Shown here: piece after piece, positions 13,576 through 27,739 of the stretch
Layout of the letters: each line of letters starts with the position of its first letter
Position numbering within the stretch: position 1 is the stretch's first letter
NCBI GenBank assembly: GCA_028534125.1
Contig: CM052817.1
Span: 59,026,001-59,090,000, forward strand
Origin: Lama glama
Taxonomy: Eukaryota
Direction: 5' to 3'
Length of the DNA stretch: 64,000 nt
The notes under the pieces: model-generated
Seen by the model: the letters and a program-made list of their open reading frames with translations, nothing else
The model's database searches: none
What the model was told of the DNA's origin: nothing
Translations under genes and position numbers: made by a program

Positions 13576-14139
13576 ACAATTTATTGTACCATAAGATACT
13601 ATTTTTTTTAAGGACTCTAATTTATCAATTATTTCTGAAAGGATTGCATTAATTCGCTATTTACATTATGATGTAAGAGTTTTTTTGATAAGTCTCCGTG
13701 TAATGAGGTATTTTAGGTAGGTGACATTCTATGTGATGTCAGCATATCAAACATGGTAAGTGAGCAATAACATTTTTCTACTTGTCTCCTATAAATAGCC
13801 TAACCTATAGAATTCTATCTCAGTGCTAAAATTATTTTGGTACAGGAGACTTCAAATTATATCAGGTAAGTACATTTTTGCTTTAAGAAGTCTTGATGTG
13901 CTGGGATGGAAAAAAAAATGAAAGAAAAATTATCGAAAATGAATCCTAAGTCAGTTTTTAGCACTTGCCAAATTGTCAGACATTTAATGGCTATGTAACA
14001 AATATTACATTCAATTAATGAACACATTAATTAATTAACTCAAAAGATTCCTTTGTAGAGCCTCTTTTTATTTTCAATCATTTACGAATCTGTTTTGAAT
14101 CTTGCTTTTAGAATTTTTTTTTGTTAAGTGACAGAAAAG

Positions 14140-14440
14140 CCATCTCATAGTTGCTTAATCAGAGTGAATATTGGGAATAGGGCTGACTTCAGCTGGATTT
14201 AGAAATAAACAAAGATCTCAATTTTTGGCATCTTTTTTACGTCTTGGCTCTGCATTTTGCTGTGTTTGACTGTCTCTGGTTTCTCATGGTAACAACATGG
14301 CAGCAGTAGCTGCCATCCTCTCAAATTTCAGTCCAAAGGCAAATACCACATTCTTCCTTCCCAGAATCAATAGCAGAAGATTCATGGTGTACTTTTGGTT
14401 CTGGAGAGGCAAATATACTGTAGCCTTCAAGAAGAATGTG
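14140..14440 (-). mobile_element. Old MaLR LTR fragment (MLT1K/L-like)
   Basis: 'tcttggctctgcattttgctgtgtttgac..ctcatggtaacaacatggcagcagtagc' is typical antisense MLT1 interior. Confidence 0.55.
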
Positions 14441-15924
14441 TGTAACTGTATTAGTTTTGGGATTATAATTTTTAATTTTTAAAATTCCTAATTCTTTTTA
14501 GCATCAGGAAATTATGTATTCATATGAAAGAGAAAACTTCAATCTTAAAAATGCATTAATTTGGTAAATCATCAAGTTAAACGTACTATCTTCTACCATA
14601 CTTTGATAAAGCATCATAAAGAGTTATAACTTATTTTGGTGTCCTAATTTAATGAGGAGTGTGCAGTGTATGCATCTGTTTCATTGTTAGTTGTGCACTC
14701 CTTGTGATTCTGATTTTAAGTTACCTTTTTATTCCACACACAGGAATTTCTATATCAGTTCACAGTGAGGACCAGAATATGCACTTATGGGAACTCAGTG
14801 AAACAGAACCCGGCCAGCTTGAATTTCTTTGAGTATTTCTGTCTGGCTTTCATAATGTACAATTAATATATTAAAAAAAAACCCATTTAGCTTTTGTCAG
14901 TTAGTCAGGATCTGTTGGCCTAGTTTCAAAAGTTGGTCTCCTGGGCATAATGGACGTAATTGAAACTCCTGTTAAGTTTTTTCCATTTTAATGAAAATAT
15001 TAAATGACTTGGGGAGCAGCATGGTGAATTTGCTGCCAAGATCTCAGAGGGCTAGGCTGTGATTTCGTTCTGCTTTCTTCTACTATTTTATTCTCAACAT
15101 TTATAGAGTTTATTAAAATGATTTCAGTCCTTTGACTCTGTTTTCAGATCATTGCTTTCTAGGGTGACTTGACTTTTTATCTTATTTTCATAATTTTCTC
15201 TTTGTAATTGAAAGCTACAAAAAAGGAACAATAGAGAAGGGAAAATGGAAATATACTCATTAAGTCTGTGGTTTTGCTTTTCTGAACTATGGATGAATAA
15301 AGCAATATAGGTTGATCTGCTTGGAACTTCAAAGAGCTTTGGTTTAAAATTTTTTTCTAATTATTTGTTTCAGAATATTACTAACTGCAATTAATTTTAA
15401 AAGTAGTTTTAATGTTTTCTGGTAGAGAAGAAATCAAATACAATTGAAAGTGCACTTTAATATTTAGGGTGTGCATATAGAATAAAATGTTAATTGCTGA
15501 TTACATTTCTTTTACTTGGAAAAGTTAAAGCTTTTTACTTAGGCTACTGGTGTTGTATGTCTTTTTGACATTATTTTCAATATTCTTGTGCCATCTACAT
15601 TAATTGCTTTCAAATATAAAAGTAGGAAAAGACACAGGATAAGAAATTAAATTAAATTTCAGCAGAAAGTAAAAGTTTTAATTCTGCATTTCCATACCAA
15701 CATTCACCTGTTTCACTGCATAAAAGTGAGTTGGCTTAAAACCCAAGTTATTAAAACACTTCATTAAGTAAATTTATCTGAAGATACAGTGGATGGATTT
15801 CTGGAGAAAGAAAACATTATGAACATTACTAATTATTAATATATTCACTTTTGTTTCATTAATTAATAAATCCATCCACTGTTCATTGTACCCCTGAGAT
15901 CAAATAAATACCATCCTAAGTGAC

Positions 15925-16080
15925 CTCTGTACAACGTCTTATGTGATGTCCACAGTATCATCGCATGATCAATTACATTTTATAGATGAGGTACTAAGTC
16001 TTCCAGTAAGTAGCTTGCCTAAGGTCACATAAGCATTGGAGTCAGAATTCAAATTTATGATATGGAATCTAAAGCCTGCT
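15925..16080 (-). mobile_element. MIR SINE fragment
   Basis: 'cattttatagatgaggtactaag..gcttgcctaaggtcacata..ggagtcagaattcaaa..aatctaaagcctg'. Confidence 0.75.
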
Positions 16081-16819
16081 TTTAAATCTGAATTGACCTA
16101 TGTTATCCCCAAATGTCTCTAAAATCTAAATCCCTAAGTAACTTGTTTTTTGAAAGAGAAATATTAGGTAAAATATGTAAAGTTAATTTATGATGATTTT
16201 AGAGATAACCCTATTATTCAAGGGATAAGGACTAATAAAACTTTTAGCCCTAAAAGGGAAATAAAATATTATTTTGATATTTTAAATATGATATAAATCT
16301 ACACTATTCTGAGAAATTCAATGCAACATATATATTAAATATCAAGTGTTTTTTTATCCTTAAAGTTTGGGGTTTATTATTTCTGTAGTGAAAGTAAAAC
16401 AATGATACAAAGAAAAAATGTAATAGAGCGAAGGCTGGTGCCTTTTGAAATTGTATGAACACTGCATTATTTTAGAATAGTTTTCTGTGGTTTTTTATGG
16501 CAGATTCAAAACAGCTTGTAAGGTAATGCTTGTTATTAATAATAGAAAACAACAAACTCTAAATCAGCATCTCAGATTTCATAATTTGGTTGTGGACAGG
16601 GTGTCAGCCTGTATAAAATGGCTGAGCTGTCTTGCTTTGCTATAGCGAAACAAAAGCCAAAATAATTTTGATTTTGCCTGAGGAAATTACATGCTGCAAG
16701 GTATGTAATCTCATGTTCAGCAATAAACATCAACAAGAGTGGTAGTCATAGTAGTAGCAGCAGGGGTGGTGGCCATGGTGGTGGAGGTGATTCTAGTTCT
16801 AGTAGACAGACTAGAAGGA

Positions 16820-17015
16820 GTGCCATCTACGTGCTAGCAACACTGCCAAGTGAGAACTTGCATGATCTCTTTTATTATCCCGAACAAATTTTAAGGTGTG
16901 TGTGTGATTTTGTCCCTGTTTTACAGATGAAAATACTGAAGTTAGAAGAGTTAAGTTACTGTCTTAAGGGCACAGTATCAGAAAATTTTCAGAGTAGGGG
17001 CTCAAACTCAGTTGC
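16820..17015 (-). mobile_element. MIR SINE
   Basis: 'tgtccctgttttacagatgaaaatactgaagttagaagagttaagttactgtcttaagggcacag' is the MIR core. Confidence 0.75.
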
Positions 17016-17396
17016 ATCTCCCCCTCCCCAATTTTTGCTATTTTTAAGGCAAAGCATCATACACTATGATTAATCTTGTAGTAGTATCATGGAGTTTGAG
17101 ATTTAAAATTGAAAGAGTACTTAGTAATTCTGAATTTTAGAGTTGATTATATTATGTATTTGAGCATGAGAAAGACATTTCTGTATGCTGAGTCTGCAAA
17201 ATGAGCAAACTAATGCCATCTTTCTTCCAGATTGTTTCTGATAAACAAATGGGTATGTATAAAATAATAGAAAAAGTTATTTTAAAATTATTTAAACTCA
17301 GGATACATTAAGAGAACTCTTTTTAATTGCTATTAACTGTTATGTGCTGAGGGTGAAAAACAGGAATGGTTCAGAGACCAACCCTCAAAGCAGTAC

Positions 17397-17437
17397 AAAT
17401 AAATAAATTAATAAATAAATAATTACATAAATAAATA
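17397..17437. repeat. Imperfect (AAAT)n microsatellite
   Basis: aaataaataaattaataaataaataattacataaataaata, read directly. Confidence 0.85.
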
Positions 17438-17519
17438 GGGATCTACACAGCTGTGCAAGAAAAAAAATTGGCATGTCAGATAACCATTCAGGTTTAATGA
17501 GTATAGTAGGCATATGTAA

Positions 17520-17905
17520 TTTTTACACACCAAACCACCCTTTGCTGGTAAAAGACCTATTTCTTCACAAATCACAGATCCACATATTTTGGACAGGGCT
17601 TCTTCTACCCCTGGGCTCCAGGGATAGACACCACAATTCAGGCTTAGCCAATGAGAGAGCCATGACTATAGTGACTGATCTGAAAGAAGGATCATGACAC
17701 AAGCAAGCTAGATAAAGGAAAAAAAGAGAGAGAGAGAGAGAGGAAAGAGGGCATGGGGAGAGAGAAAATAATAAAACAGAACAAACTATTTCCAGCTTTT
17801 TTGTCCATTGGGCATCTTAGTCATGTAAATCAACAAATTCCTGCCTGTTGAAAACTATTCTGAGCTGATTTTCTGTTACCTGTAGCTGGCAATCCTGTCT
17901 AATAG
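17520..17905 (+). mobile_element. Old MaLR LTR (MLT1K/L-like) with internal (GA)n tract
   Basis: 'ggctccaggga..caggcttagccaatgagag..gtgactgatctga..gatcatgacacaagc' and 3' end 'agtcatgtaaatcaacaaattcc..tgagctgattttctgttacctgtagc'. Confidence 0.65.
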
Positions 17906-18399
17906 GATAGAAGAGTTGTATATGATCTGGAAATTTTGACTAGGCCAGGAAGATTGACTTAGGCAGTGTGATTATGGTGATTAATTTAAGATGAAAATCT
18001 AAGGTGAGAGTTGATGAGATGCTTATAATTTTCTCAAGAGGACTGGTATTTAAGCAATGTCTTGAAGAGCAAAATCAAGAGATGACACTAAATCTCATCA
18101 TGGAGAAGGGGGAAGGTGGCTGTCACTGAAAGCCTAGCAGATGCCAGGCAAGGAGCCAATATTTTACAAATACATTTTGTTAACTTAATGAGGAAACTAC
18201 TTGTATCTTTTTTACTAACTTTACCAAACATATATTAAGATACTTACTCAATCTTGGAAGTTTAAGAGAGTGTTGATATCTCTTATGGTCTAGCACAAAT
18301 AATTAGGAAAAGTGACATGATGTGAATTTTAATCTAGGAAGAAACTTCCTGGTTCAGAAAGATAAATGGACAGTAGGCATGGGAGATTAGAGTAAGCAA

Positions 18400-19075
18400 C
18401 ATGCACAGAAACTTTTTAAATTTAGTTATATTAATTAAAAACATTCTTGATGAAGAAAGGCTAAGGTGACAGATGATCAGAGTCTTCACTGACAAAGCAG
18501 CAATGGGAATGGGTAAAATTAAGAAAGATTTGGGAGACATTGTGGAGAAAGAATCAACAGGCCTGGAGAACTAAAAAGATGTGGGGTATAATGGAGATGG
18601 AGTATGTTTCCATGGAGATTTAGGAGAGTGGAGGATTTATTAAGAGAAGCAACACCTGGAGAATGAGGAATATATTAGCAGGTAAGAGGGGTTATCTATG
18701 AGGACACTAATTGATGCAGCTTTGTAACATGGGGATTTGAAGGACCTGAAGTGTTCTTGCTGTGAAGACCAGCATTCATTCTTGAATCATTTCAAAAAAT
18801 ATTTATTGAGTACCTTACTATGAGCTAAGTACTCCTCTAGACAAATTTCTGGCTCTCAGGGGCCTTATATTCTAGTGGTGGGATGCAGAAAACAAACACA
18901 TGAATAAATACGTACTGTATCAGTGGTGAAAAATTATAGAAAGAAAAATAGCAGGACCAGGGGATTTGGGGTTGTTATTTTATAATCCTGGATGGTGAGG
19001 GCCTCTCTGAACTGAGATCTGAAGAAATTGAGGGAGTGCGCCATAAGGATATTTGGAGTAAGAGAATTTCAGGAT
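18400..19075 (-). mobile_element. L2 fragments (L2a-like 3' end begins ~18775)
   Basis: 'cattcatt..aaatatttattgagtaccttactatgagctaagtact..ctggctctcaggggccttatattctagtgg..ggcctctctga..ctgagatctgaag' is the antisense L2 3' end. The upstream purine-rich block is L2-like. Confidence 0.75.
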
Positions 19076-21359
19076 TTATGTTGTATTATTTAGTTACATA
19101 CTTGACTGCAGTGTGAACTCCTGAAAGAGCCTGCAATACTTACCAAAAAAAAAAATAAACTTTGGTTTCAGACTTCATCGTATCAATCCTGGATTGTTGC
19201 TTTAGTCTTTCAAAAGATCTTGATTTGCTGAATACACCCTCCCTTTGTTGTCCACAAGTTCTAAATTTTCCAACAAATTTTCATTTGGGGTCATTTGCTC
19301 CAAGAAGCCAGGGTAGATAAAATACTCTTTCATACACCCAAACATACTTCTATCATAATGCTGTAGAGTTAAGAGTCTATAAAGTTCTCAAAGACAAATA
19401 CCTATGATTTAACTCTAGCAGAGTGACTTACTCTCAATAAAATTTTGTTGAGTTGAATTAGAAGTAATCTGGATTGACTGAAGCATAGGATATATATAGG
19501 TGAGAATGACAAAAAATATGAGGAAGAGAAGACAAAATACTAAGGTGTCAAAAATAACTAAGGCAAAATTGTGAAACAGCTGATTCAGTAACTAAACTGA
19601 CATGTCAACGAATGAATCAAACATGAGGAGAAGGCTGCTGCTTCTGTTACAGTGCCATCCATTTTCTCCACTTTTCCTTCTATTTCTAATTAAGGAAAGC
19701 TATATAAATATAGCCCATAGCAGTGTCTCACAGATAACTTAGGATCCAATAAAATATCCACATTTAGAGTTAGGTTTGGTAAAGACCCCTTGAAAGATAT
19801 TTACATCATTTTCTTTGATTAAAGAAGTAAATGAATCCATTAAATAAATTAATTTAGATATATGCTGATGTGTATTCTTTGATCAAGCTCTTACTGCCAT
19901 ATTCAGTTCAAATGGTGGGAGTACTTTTTATCTTTTATTTTTTATTTTTTTCAGGGCAGATATAATCCTTTTTTTTTCCCCTCTTTAAGAACAAATGACT
20001 TTTTTAGTTTGGGTATCAAATGACTTTGAAGACAGGAATGTCATAAATGAGATTCTTAGTGTAGTTCATTGATTCGGGTATTTAGTCTATTAATCACACC
20101 TTACAGTCTCTCTCATGTCGCAGCACATTTTGATAGTGTATTGACATATTTTAAATTTAACCATGGATTCCAGGATACACATGACCTTTTCAGAAAGTAT
20201 ATATTATTGTAAGAATTTAAAAGAACTGAATAATCTTTGAGTAGAGATGTTAACTACTATAATCAACTGCAAAACAGCTATTACTATTAAGTCTTATGTA
20301 ACTACACATTAGGTTGTGATTTTTAACCTTGTTTTAAACAGCATTGTTTAGTAGCAAATTTTCTTCAGTTAGACATGCAGTTAGCCAAACTTTTATTTGA
20401 GGTACAAAAATATTTCTATAAATATTTTAAATAAAGTCTAGAGAACTTTCATTGGAAATACACACTCAATTTTAAAATTTTAATGCCTTAAGTAAAATAT
20501 TGTCATATTATTTAATTACATTATATTTAGTAACTAAAACATTCTTCCCAATGCTTAACTATTGTTCACTTTATTGAAAAGGGAGTAGTCCTGGGATTGA
20601 CAGCCTATTGAAATCCCCCCCTAATAATGTTATTGTCTCTCCCCACTCAAAAAGTTCCTAACTGTATGATGTCATATGAAGAATTAATTCTCATATTTAT
20701 TCTTGAAAGATAATTTTAACAAGAGTTTCTGAGTTAATATCTTTAAATAGTTTATTAGTACAGAAGATCCATAATTCAGTTAGTAATCTATGCTTACCTG
20801 TCCTTGGTTAAAGGTTCATTATTTTGTATTATTCATTGCATTTACCTCAAGTTTCAAAGATATTTGTCATAAAGTTGTTAATACAGTCACAACTGTCACC
20901 ATTAAGTCTCATTTTTTTCTTATGTGTCTTTCTTAAAAAACAAGATTAATAAATATATAGAGAAGACCATTTGTATTACTCTCAATCTTACAAAAATAAT
21001 CTTCCAGTTACTGTGAAGTTAACTTGATGTCTACAATATAGGAGAGAAATGGTACATGATATCTTTAGGGAGGATATTAAATAGTAGAGTCTACTTCTAT
21101 CTAATTATATTTGTAGTTTAGTGTTTGAGGCAAGTTTAGGTAACATTATTTTTCTATTTCTAACAGACAGACTTTGAAGGATATTAGCTTTTGAGTTGTT
21201 TGGGAGTGGCTTTCAGTATTTATTCACATATATATTACTGGAGCACTGGGGGAACACTGCTGTAAGCTTAAAAATATGCTAACCTGATATAAGCAGTAAA
21301 TGTACCCATGTAACTTGAATCCATCTATCTATCCATCCATATATACAGATTTGTTCATT

Positions 21360-21485
21360 TCCTGACTCAGCTGACTGGTAGGTAAGTTCAAGACAGAAAG
21401 AGTTATGCTTGGCTCATTGCTTCACTAATATAATGAAGAACTCATATTGGGTTTTCAATAAATATTTGTTGTATTGTAAATGAGT
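21360..21485 (+). mobile_element. L2 3' end fragment
   Basis: 'gtaagttc..gacagaaag..ttggctcattgc..ttttcaataaatatttgttg..aatga'. Confidence 0.55.
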
Positions 21486-22394
21486 AGGAGCAGGAGGGAA
21501 AGAGGCTGGCTGGCTGGCTATTATATGAGGTATTAGGTGGTTAAGTTCTGGTCTTCAACATTGTTGGCTCATTGCATTCATTTTTTAAAATTTATTCTCT
21601 GTAATGTTGTAACAGTGTGTACCTTTCTAGCAAATGTGTCATGAACTACTTTGTACCTTTATTTTCCTATCTAGAATGCAAACTTGGAGTATTATTTTTA
21701 ACTATATCAAATCTTGTATCTTTCCTAGCCTATTCTACACCGTAGGTGACTTTTCACATTAAAAAAATTTTGTTTAGAGACTGCCCTGGCAAACCACTGA
21801 CATTATCAGTGTGTCATGGTTCAGCTGAACAGGATCAGACTCTTTGTGGCTGAATTCATAATGAGTACATTTATTCAACAAATTGAAAATTCAGTAATTT
21901 GTAAAGGAATTAATAGTTTAAGATATTTATTTTAAGCAATTAATTTATTCTTTCCTTAATTTGTCTGAAAAAATTTATAGAGTGCCTACTATGTGTCAGT
22001 CAGTTTACACAGAGCCACTCTGTGATGGAGGAGGGGAAGCTCCATGAGCCTAAGAATACAGCCAACAAAGGGAATTAATGTTCTGAGGCAGATCCATGTT
22101 TAGACATGAGTACATCACACAGTGTGTAACTCAGGCTAGCCCGTAAAAGTTCCCAGTGGATGTGCATACCAGTGGTGTAACTGGTATATTTAACACAAAA
22201 CTGGGGATAAATACGGCCATAATTTTCCATCCTTGTTTCTTTTTTTTATATGAATTATTATTATTATTTTTTTAGTAGTATGGGCAGGTATAGATGTTTT
22301 CAGTTCATTTGTTGCTGTCCATCCACAGGATACTGAGTATTTTTCATATTTCATGTTTCATTCCTATCATTTCTGGAAGCTCATTATTTCAGCC

Positions 22395-23690
22395 ATATTT
22401 TATATACAAATTAAAACTATATACAGAACGTACAAAGACTAATATAATAAATTCCCAGGTATGTATCACCAGGCTATCAGTTATCAATTCATTGCCATTA
22501 ATATTTCTTCTGAATTCCCAACAATTCTACCTACTAGTCTACCTCTTACTACTACTTGTCTTTAAAAAAAAAACTGGACATTATGCCATTTAATTATAAA
22601 TATTTTAGTGTATATCTCTAAAAATAAAATACTTTAAAGCACAATACTATTATTACACAAAGAATATTTAGCCATAGTTTTTGGTATCGTTTTTTGGTAT
22701 CACCAAATATTTAATTAGGATACACAATTCTCAAATAGGCTTATTCTTTTAATAGTGCATTTGAACCAGGATACAAATAGAGCCTGTTGAAATTGGTTGA
22801 TATGTTGATATATCTTGATTCTTGAACTTTTCAATGAAAAGAGCTAGCAGATACATATTTATATATAAATATACGTACAGATCTTAATCAATTTATGATG
22901 GGATTATGTCCCAATAATCCCATCATGAGTTGAAAATATCTTGAGTTGAAAAATGCATTTAATACACCTAACCTACCAAACATTACAGTTTAGCATAGCT
23001 TACTTTAAATGTGCTGAGAACACTTACATTAGCCTACAGCTGGGTAAAAATCATCTAACACAAAGTCTATTTTATAACGAAGTGTTGAACATCTCATACT
23101 GATAATGTAGTGAAAATGAAAAACAGAATGGTTGTATGGGGACAGCATGGTTGCTTTCCCTCATGGTCACGTGGCTGGCTAGGAGCTGCAGCTCACTGCC
23201 GCTGCCCAGCATCACAAGAGTATTGTAGTGCATATGGCTAGCCCAGGAAAAGATCACAATTTAAAAATCAAAGTATGATTCTGCTAACTGCGTATCACCA
23301 TTGTAAAGTCAAAAAAATTTTAAGTCAAACCCGTATAAGTATGGGACTGTTTGAATATACTACACTGTAAGTCCATAGTGATTCATTAAATTCAAATTTG
23401 AGCAACAGGGTTTTAACAGAAATAATCTTATTGAATTTATATCTGCATCTTCATTCTCCTGTGCTGAATATCCTGGTTCTTAATGTTCTTATCATTAAGT
23501 TCTCTATTTGCTTTATCTCGTACTATATAAGATAGTTTCAGTGTTCATGATCAACACATTAACAATATTTTTACCAAATACAGTTTGTATTTTTTGTTTG
23601 CTTTTGCATTTATTTTGTAATTGAGTATTATGCTTTAAATTAACAAGTTAATTTTCAATAATCACAATTAGCAAAAAGCCAAAATATGAA
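22395..23690 (-). mobile_element. Old L1 3' UTR (L1MC/MD-like), interrupted by a Tigger-type element
   Basis: 'atacagaacgtacaaagactaatataataaattcccaggtatgtatcaccaggc..ttatcaattcattgcca', 'tttgaaccaggatacaaat'. Resumes after 23353. Confidence 0.6.
22878..23353. mobile_element. TcMar-Tigger non-autonomous DNA transposon (MER47/Tigger5 family)
   Basis: Starts TA|CAGAT and contains 'aaaatgcatttaatacacctaacctaccaaacat', 'gaacacttacattagcctacagctggg', 'ctcactgccgctgcccagcatcac'. Decayed TIR at the end 'taagtatgggactgtttg'. Confidence 0.9.
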
Positions 23691-23760
23691 CCATATGTAT
23701 TAATTGTAATCTTTGGTTTATAATAATGAGACTCACAGAAGTCTCCTGGTAAAAGGAAAG

Positions 23761-23784
23761 GTTTGTTTGTTTGTTTGTTTGTTT
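23761..23784. repeat. (GTTT)6 microsatellite
   Basis: gtttgtttgtttgtttgtttgttt, read directly. Confidence 0.95.
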
Positions 23785-25299
23785 CGTAAGATACAGACGT
23801 GCCCTAGCAATAGACAGTAGAACTGGAATCTAAGCAATTCTTTAGATTGTTAGTTCCCTGACTCTTTCTCGAGTCATTTTTCTGGAATCTCCACTTTTCT
23901 TTTTATATTTGTTGTCTTGTCTCTTTACCAGCAGGCTTTTTTCCCTAGTCATAATTTCTGCTCCCTTAAGAAGGCTGTCTTCTACAGAGAACATCATGAC
24001 CACTCACTCATTACTAAGTCACGGATTTTCATCTTTAGGGTCCACTACCAGTGGCTGCCCTCTCTCAATATTACCTGGTCATTCTCTTTTGGTTATTGGT
24101 TCCCTCGTGTGTTGGATGTCCTTGAATCACGTGCCCACCATCTAGCCTACCTATTATCCTGTGGAACATCACTTGGAACCGGTTTTTAAGTAGCTGTTGT
24201 GAATATTTTATAAAGAGCTCTGTGGATGGCAAACATTCTAAAGCAAGACCTAGCAAGTCTAGCAGGATTTCAGGAAATGTTGTGAATAGCTAACCTGTCT
24301 TACTGTTTTAGTAAGTTTGTGTAGTATTTATTCTTAGCCACTGTTATTATATAAAATATATGGGAATACATGCTGTATGTGCAATTTTCTTGTGTGAAGA
24401 ATTGGTAAAAATAATGATAATATTTTTCCATAGGTAGGGGAATTTTAAGGAAATAATTTGTTAGCTTGTATGAAGTAATTTTGGTTCATTGTTGCTGTTC
24501 CCTTCAATTTTCTCCCTAGGATGTCAGATGAGATAACTAGAACCCTTATGACAATTGTGAGGTCAGATCCATAACTTCCACTGAGGTTTGTTTCTGTTCA
24601 ATAGCAGCTAATAGTAAATTCAGTGTTCCCAAATATGTGCTCACAGTAATGTGCTCAATTTGGTCTGCGCTGTGATTTTCAGCTCCTACTTAATAATAGT
24701 TCTATGCCCTTTAGCAAATATAACAGCAGGGAGACCATAATGTTCAAAACAACAAACTTGTTAAATGTGTAGTGTATCTTTTCTATCCTGTTTACCCTTA
24801 CCAGTTCACTATTGCTTCTGGAATTCTTGCCAGTTTTACACACTTTCTACTTCCTAAAATCAAACATTGTAGTTATTTCTCTTTTTAAAACACATGAGAT
24901 AAATGTGATGTGATCAGCTTTCATCATGCTTCATATTGGTGGGGGGAACTTAATTCACTTGTCTCCAGCCTTCATAATTGCCATATACTTTTATTGATCA
25001 AGCATTTGCATTCAAAATATTTTTATTTAGTAGTGATTTCACTTACTTTAATCAGCCTTATAATGGAGAGAAAAAAGAAAAAAATGAGGATAAAGTTCAC
25101 AAAATTTTTCCCTGCATAAAGTACAAAAATGGTCCCTATTCTCTCAAAACTACTAAGTTTACTCTATTGGGAGTCCAACCAATGTGTTAATATAATACAA
25201 ATATGAAATCAACTAGAAAGGGAAAGGAAGCATGAAGAGGTGCTTATGAATAAGGCTGTGAGTCCTAAATCCTGCCATAGTGGACAATACAGAATTCTT

Positions 25300-25717
25300 C
25301 GGTGATAGATTGCTTTACTGTTTCCAGCAACTCTCTCTCTTATAAGAGTTTTCTAAATCCTCATTCATTGCCATGTGACTTTCTGTGTGTCTGGTAGGCA
25401 GAGCTTTTATCCCTGTCCTTTTGATGTTGACTTAAACTCTATAACCAATTTTGGCCAATGAAATGAGAGTGGATATAGTTTATGTCCCATCTAAGCCAAA
25501 GTTACTGAGCATTGCTAGATTCTGCCATTTCTTTTGCTGTTTCCTCACTGCCATGGAAATGGCATGTTCCAAAGAGGACTACTCCTTCAGCTGGGCAGTA
25601 GAACAAGATCAGAGATCAGAGACGCAGCAGATGCGTCATATGAGAGAGAAATACTTGCTGTTTTAAGCCACTGAGATTTGGGGGTAATTTGCTACTACAC
25701 GAAAGCTGAATAATGTA
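25300..25717 (+). mobile_element. MaLR LTR (MLT1H/I/J-like)
   Basis: 'ttttggccaatgaaatgagagtgga' and 3' end 'atatgagagagaaatacttgctgttttaagccactgagatttggggg..tttgctactac..aagctgaataat'. Confidence 0.85.
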
Positions 25718-26012
25718 ATTCTTCCTTTTTTGCAATTTGTAGAAATTTTTGAGCATTTCCTTTTTTTGCTGTTCTTTTCTCTAGAGTAATAATTTCAAGT
25801 TTTAAGTTCCTTGAAGTTTTTTAAATTTCGCTTTCCTGTATATCTTCTACAAAGTAGTGTGTTGATAACTGAGTTAATGATTTAACAAGAAGTTGGAAGG
25901 CTGATCATCAGTTAGATAAACCCTTTAAAGTAGACAGTATCCAGGTCAAAAGTACCTCATATTATTTCAATCAGTAGCTTTTGAATTTTGGATTACTGAA
26001 CAACTACTTCAA

Positions 26013-26107
26013 AATTATATATTTGATATATATAATGATTATATTTAATATATAATATATCACCTATATTTATATATAATTATATATTTGATATGTATAA
26101 TAATTAT
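26013..26107. repeat. AT-rich low-complexity tract with an internal ~27-bp duplication
   Basis: aattatatatttgatatatataatgatt ... aattatatatttgatatgtataataatt. Confidence 0.7.
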
Positions 26108-27739
26108 TGTGGTTTCTTAAAACTGATATTGTTAACTCCATAACCACATAGACTTTGTACTGTATAAGTGCATATTGAAAAGTCTAACTAATTTAGGATA
26201 GAAAATGTTAAATATCCAAGTTCTACTACAAAGTATGTAGACTTTTATAAAGTGTAAATTATGGTTGAGAAAAATATTTTCTAGTTATTGAATATTTAAT
26301 TTAATAACATTTGGTAAAGAATACACAAATTGCCAAAATTCAAGGAAATAACATGAAATAAAATATATATTTTACTTGATTTATGTTCTAAAGCAGACCA
26401 GAGAATTGAAAATATAAGAATAGAAATATAATTGAGAATATAGGAACCAGAGCTTAGACTATACCAGACACAAGTGTATCAGTACTTATACTGGTGTAAC
26501 AGAGGTGATGATTTCCATTCTTGGCAATCTCTAGTTTGATGTAACTTAGTCTCATAAATGAAAACACACTGACAGTCTCAGATTATGCAATCTCTTCTGT
26601 GCATTAAGGAAGAAACCTTTTCTACCTGTGACCAGTACCATAAAACTTATTACCCAAGGGCTGAGTCTACCCCCTCTGATCCCAGGAGTCTTTAAAAAAA
26701 AAAAAAAAAAGGAGGAGAGATGGGACATAAAGTCAGGACAAGCTTTAGAAACATTCAGAATTCCACAATATAAGTTGTGAGTTGTGCTTTTGCCCTCAAG
26801 GAGATACAGGCTTATTTGTATCCACTAAGTTTTTTACAGTAAACCGAAATGTTTGTAAAATGAGATGAATATATTTAAAATTACCTTTGACATATTTCTG
26901 TATGTATCTGTGTATCTGTATGACTTTTGATCAGTTGAGGTGTTTATTAAAAGTATAACCAAGTCTTTGTATACATCAAGAACTTGGTGCTTCAAAAAGA
27001 CAAGCTTGAACATCCTTTCTTATCATACTACTTAAACTTGGAAAGATGCACAAAAGGTTTATTTCTCCTAATCTTCTAAAAGGCACAGCATATACAATTT
27101 TAACCATAGCTAAGACAACCTCATGCCACAGTGCATCAGCACAACCTCCTGACTTGGCTCTCTCTTCAAATTGCCCATATCGTATAAGCTTGTCTGACTA
27201 TAGACAAAAACACAATTTGTTCCAAGACCCAGATACAGTATGACTTAGCTTCCTTTACCTTTTCTAGTAATACATTGCAAATATCATTCTCCTTCTGATG
27301 CAGTATCTCCTTTCTCCATTCCACTGCTCTTTTAAAAAGAAAAAACTTTTTAGCTTATTAATAGTTTAATTCTCAAAATAGATATTCTATTGTATCAACA
27401 GAATCAAGTCATCACACAAAAACTTAGGGGAGTTACCTTTTACTTGGCTAACAACATTTAAAAACTATATTTAAATTCACTTAATTAGTTTCCCTCAAAG
27501 GTCCAATAAACATAATGAAAAAGATAAAGGAGTTAATTTATTCAATCCACTACGTGGAAGGTAATGGATTCTCATGAATAGCAATATCTAAATTTGAACT
27601 TACACACTCTGAATGAGAGAAACCACAGCAGGCATGATTGTAAAGTAAAATAGCGAGGCCATTTGTCAATGTGAAGCTAGGAAAGGTGAATTTTTCCCAA
27701 AATAGTTCTTATTACATGGAGTTACAGTATATGTATATT

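Noticed and set aside
14744..14832. Plus-strand terminal exon candidate after acacAG (ISISVHSEDQNMHLWEL...)
   Set aside because: No recognisable homology, no supported upstream exon, and the open length is within chance.
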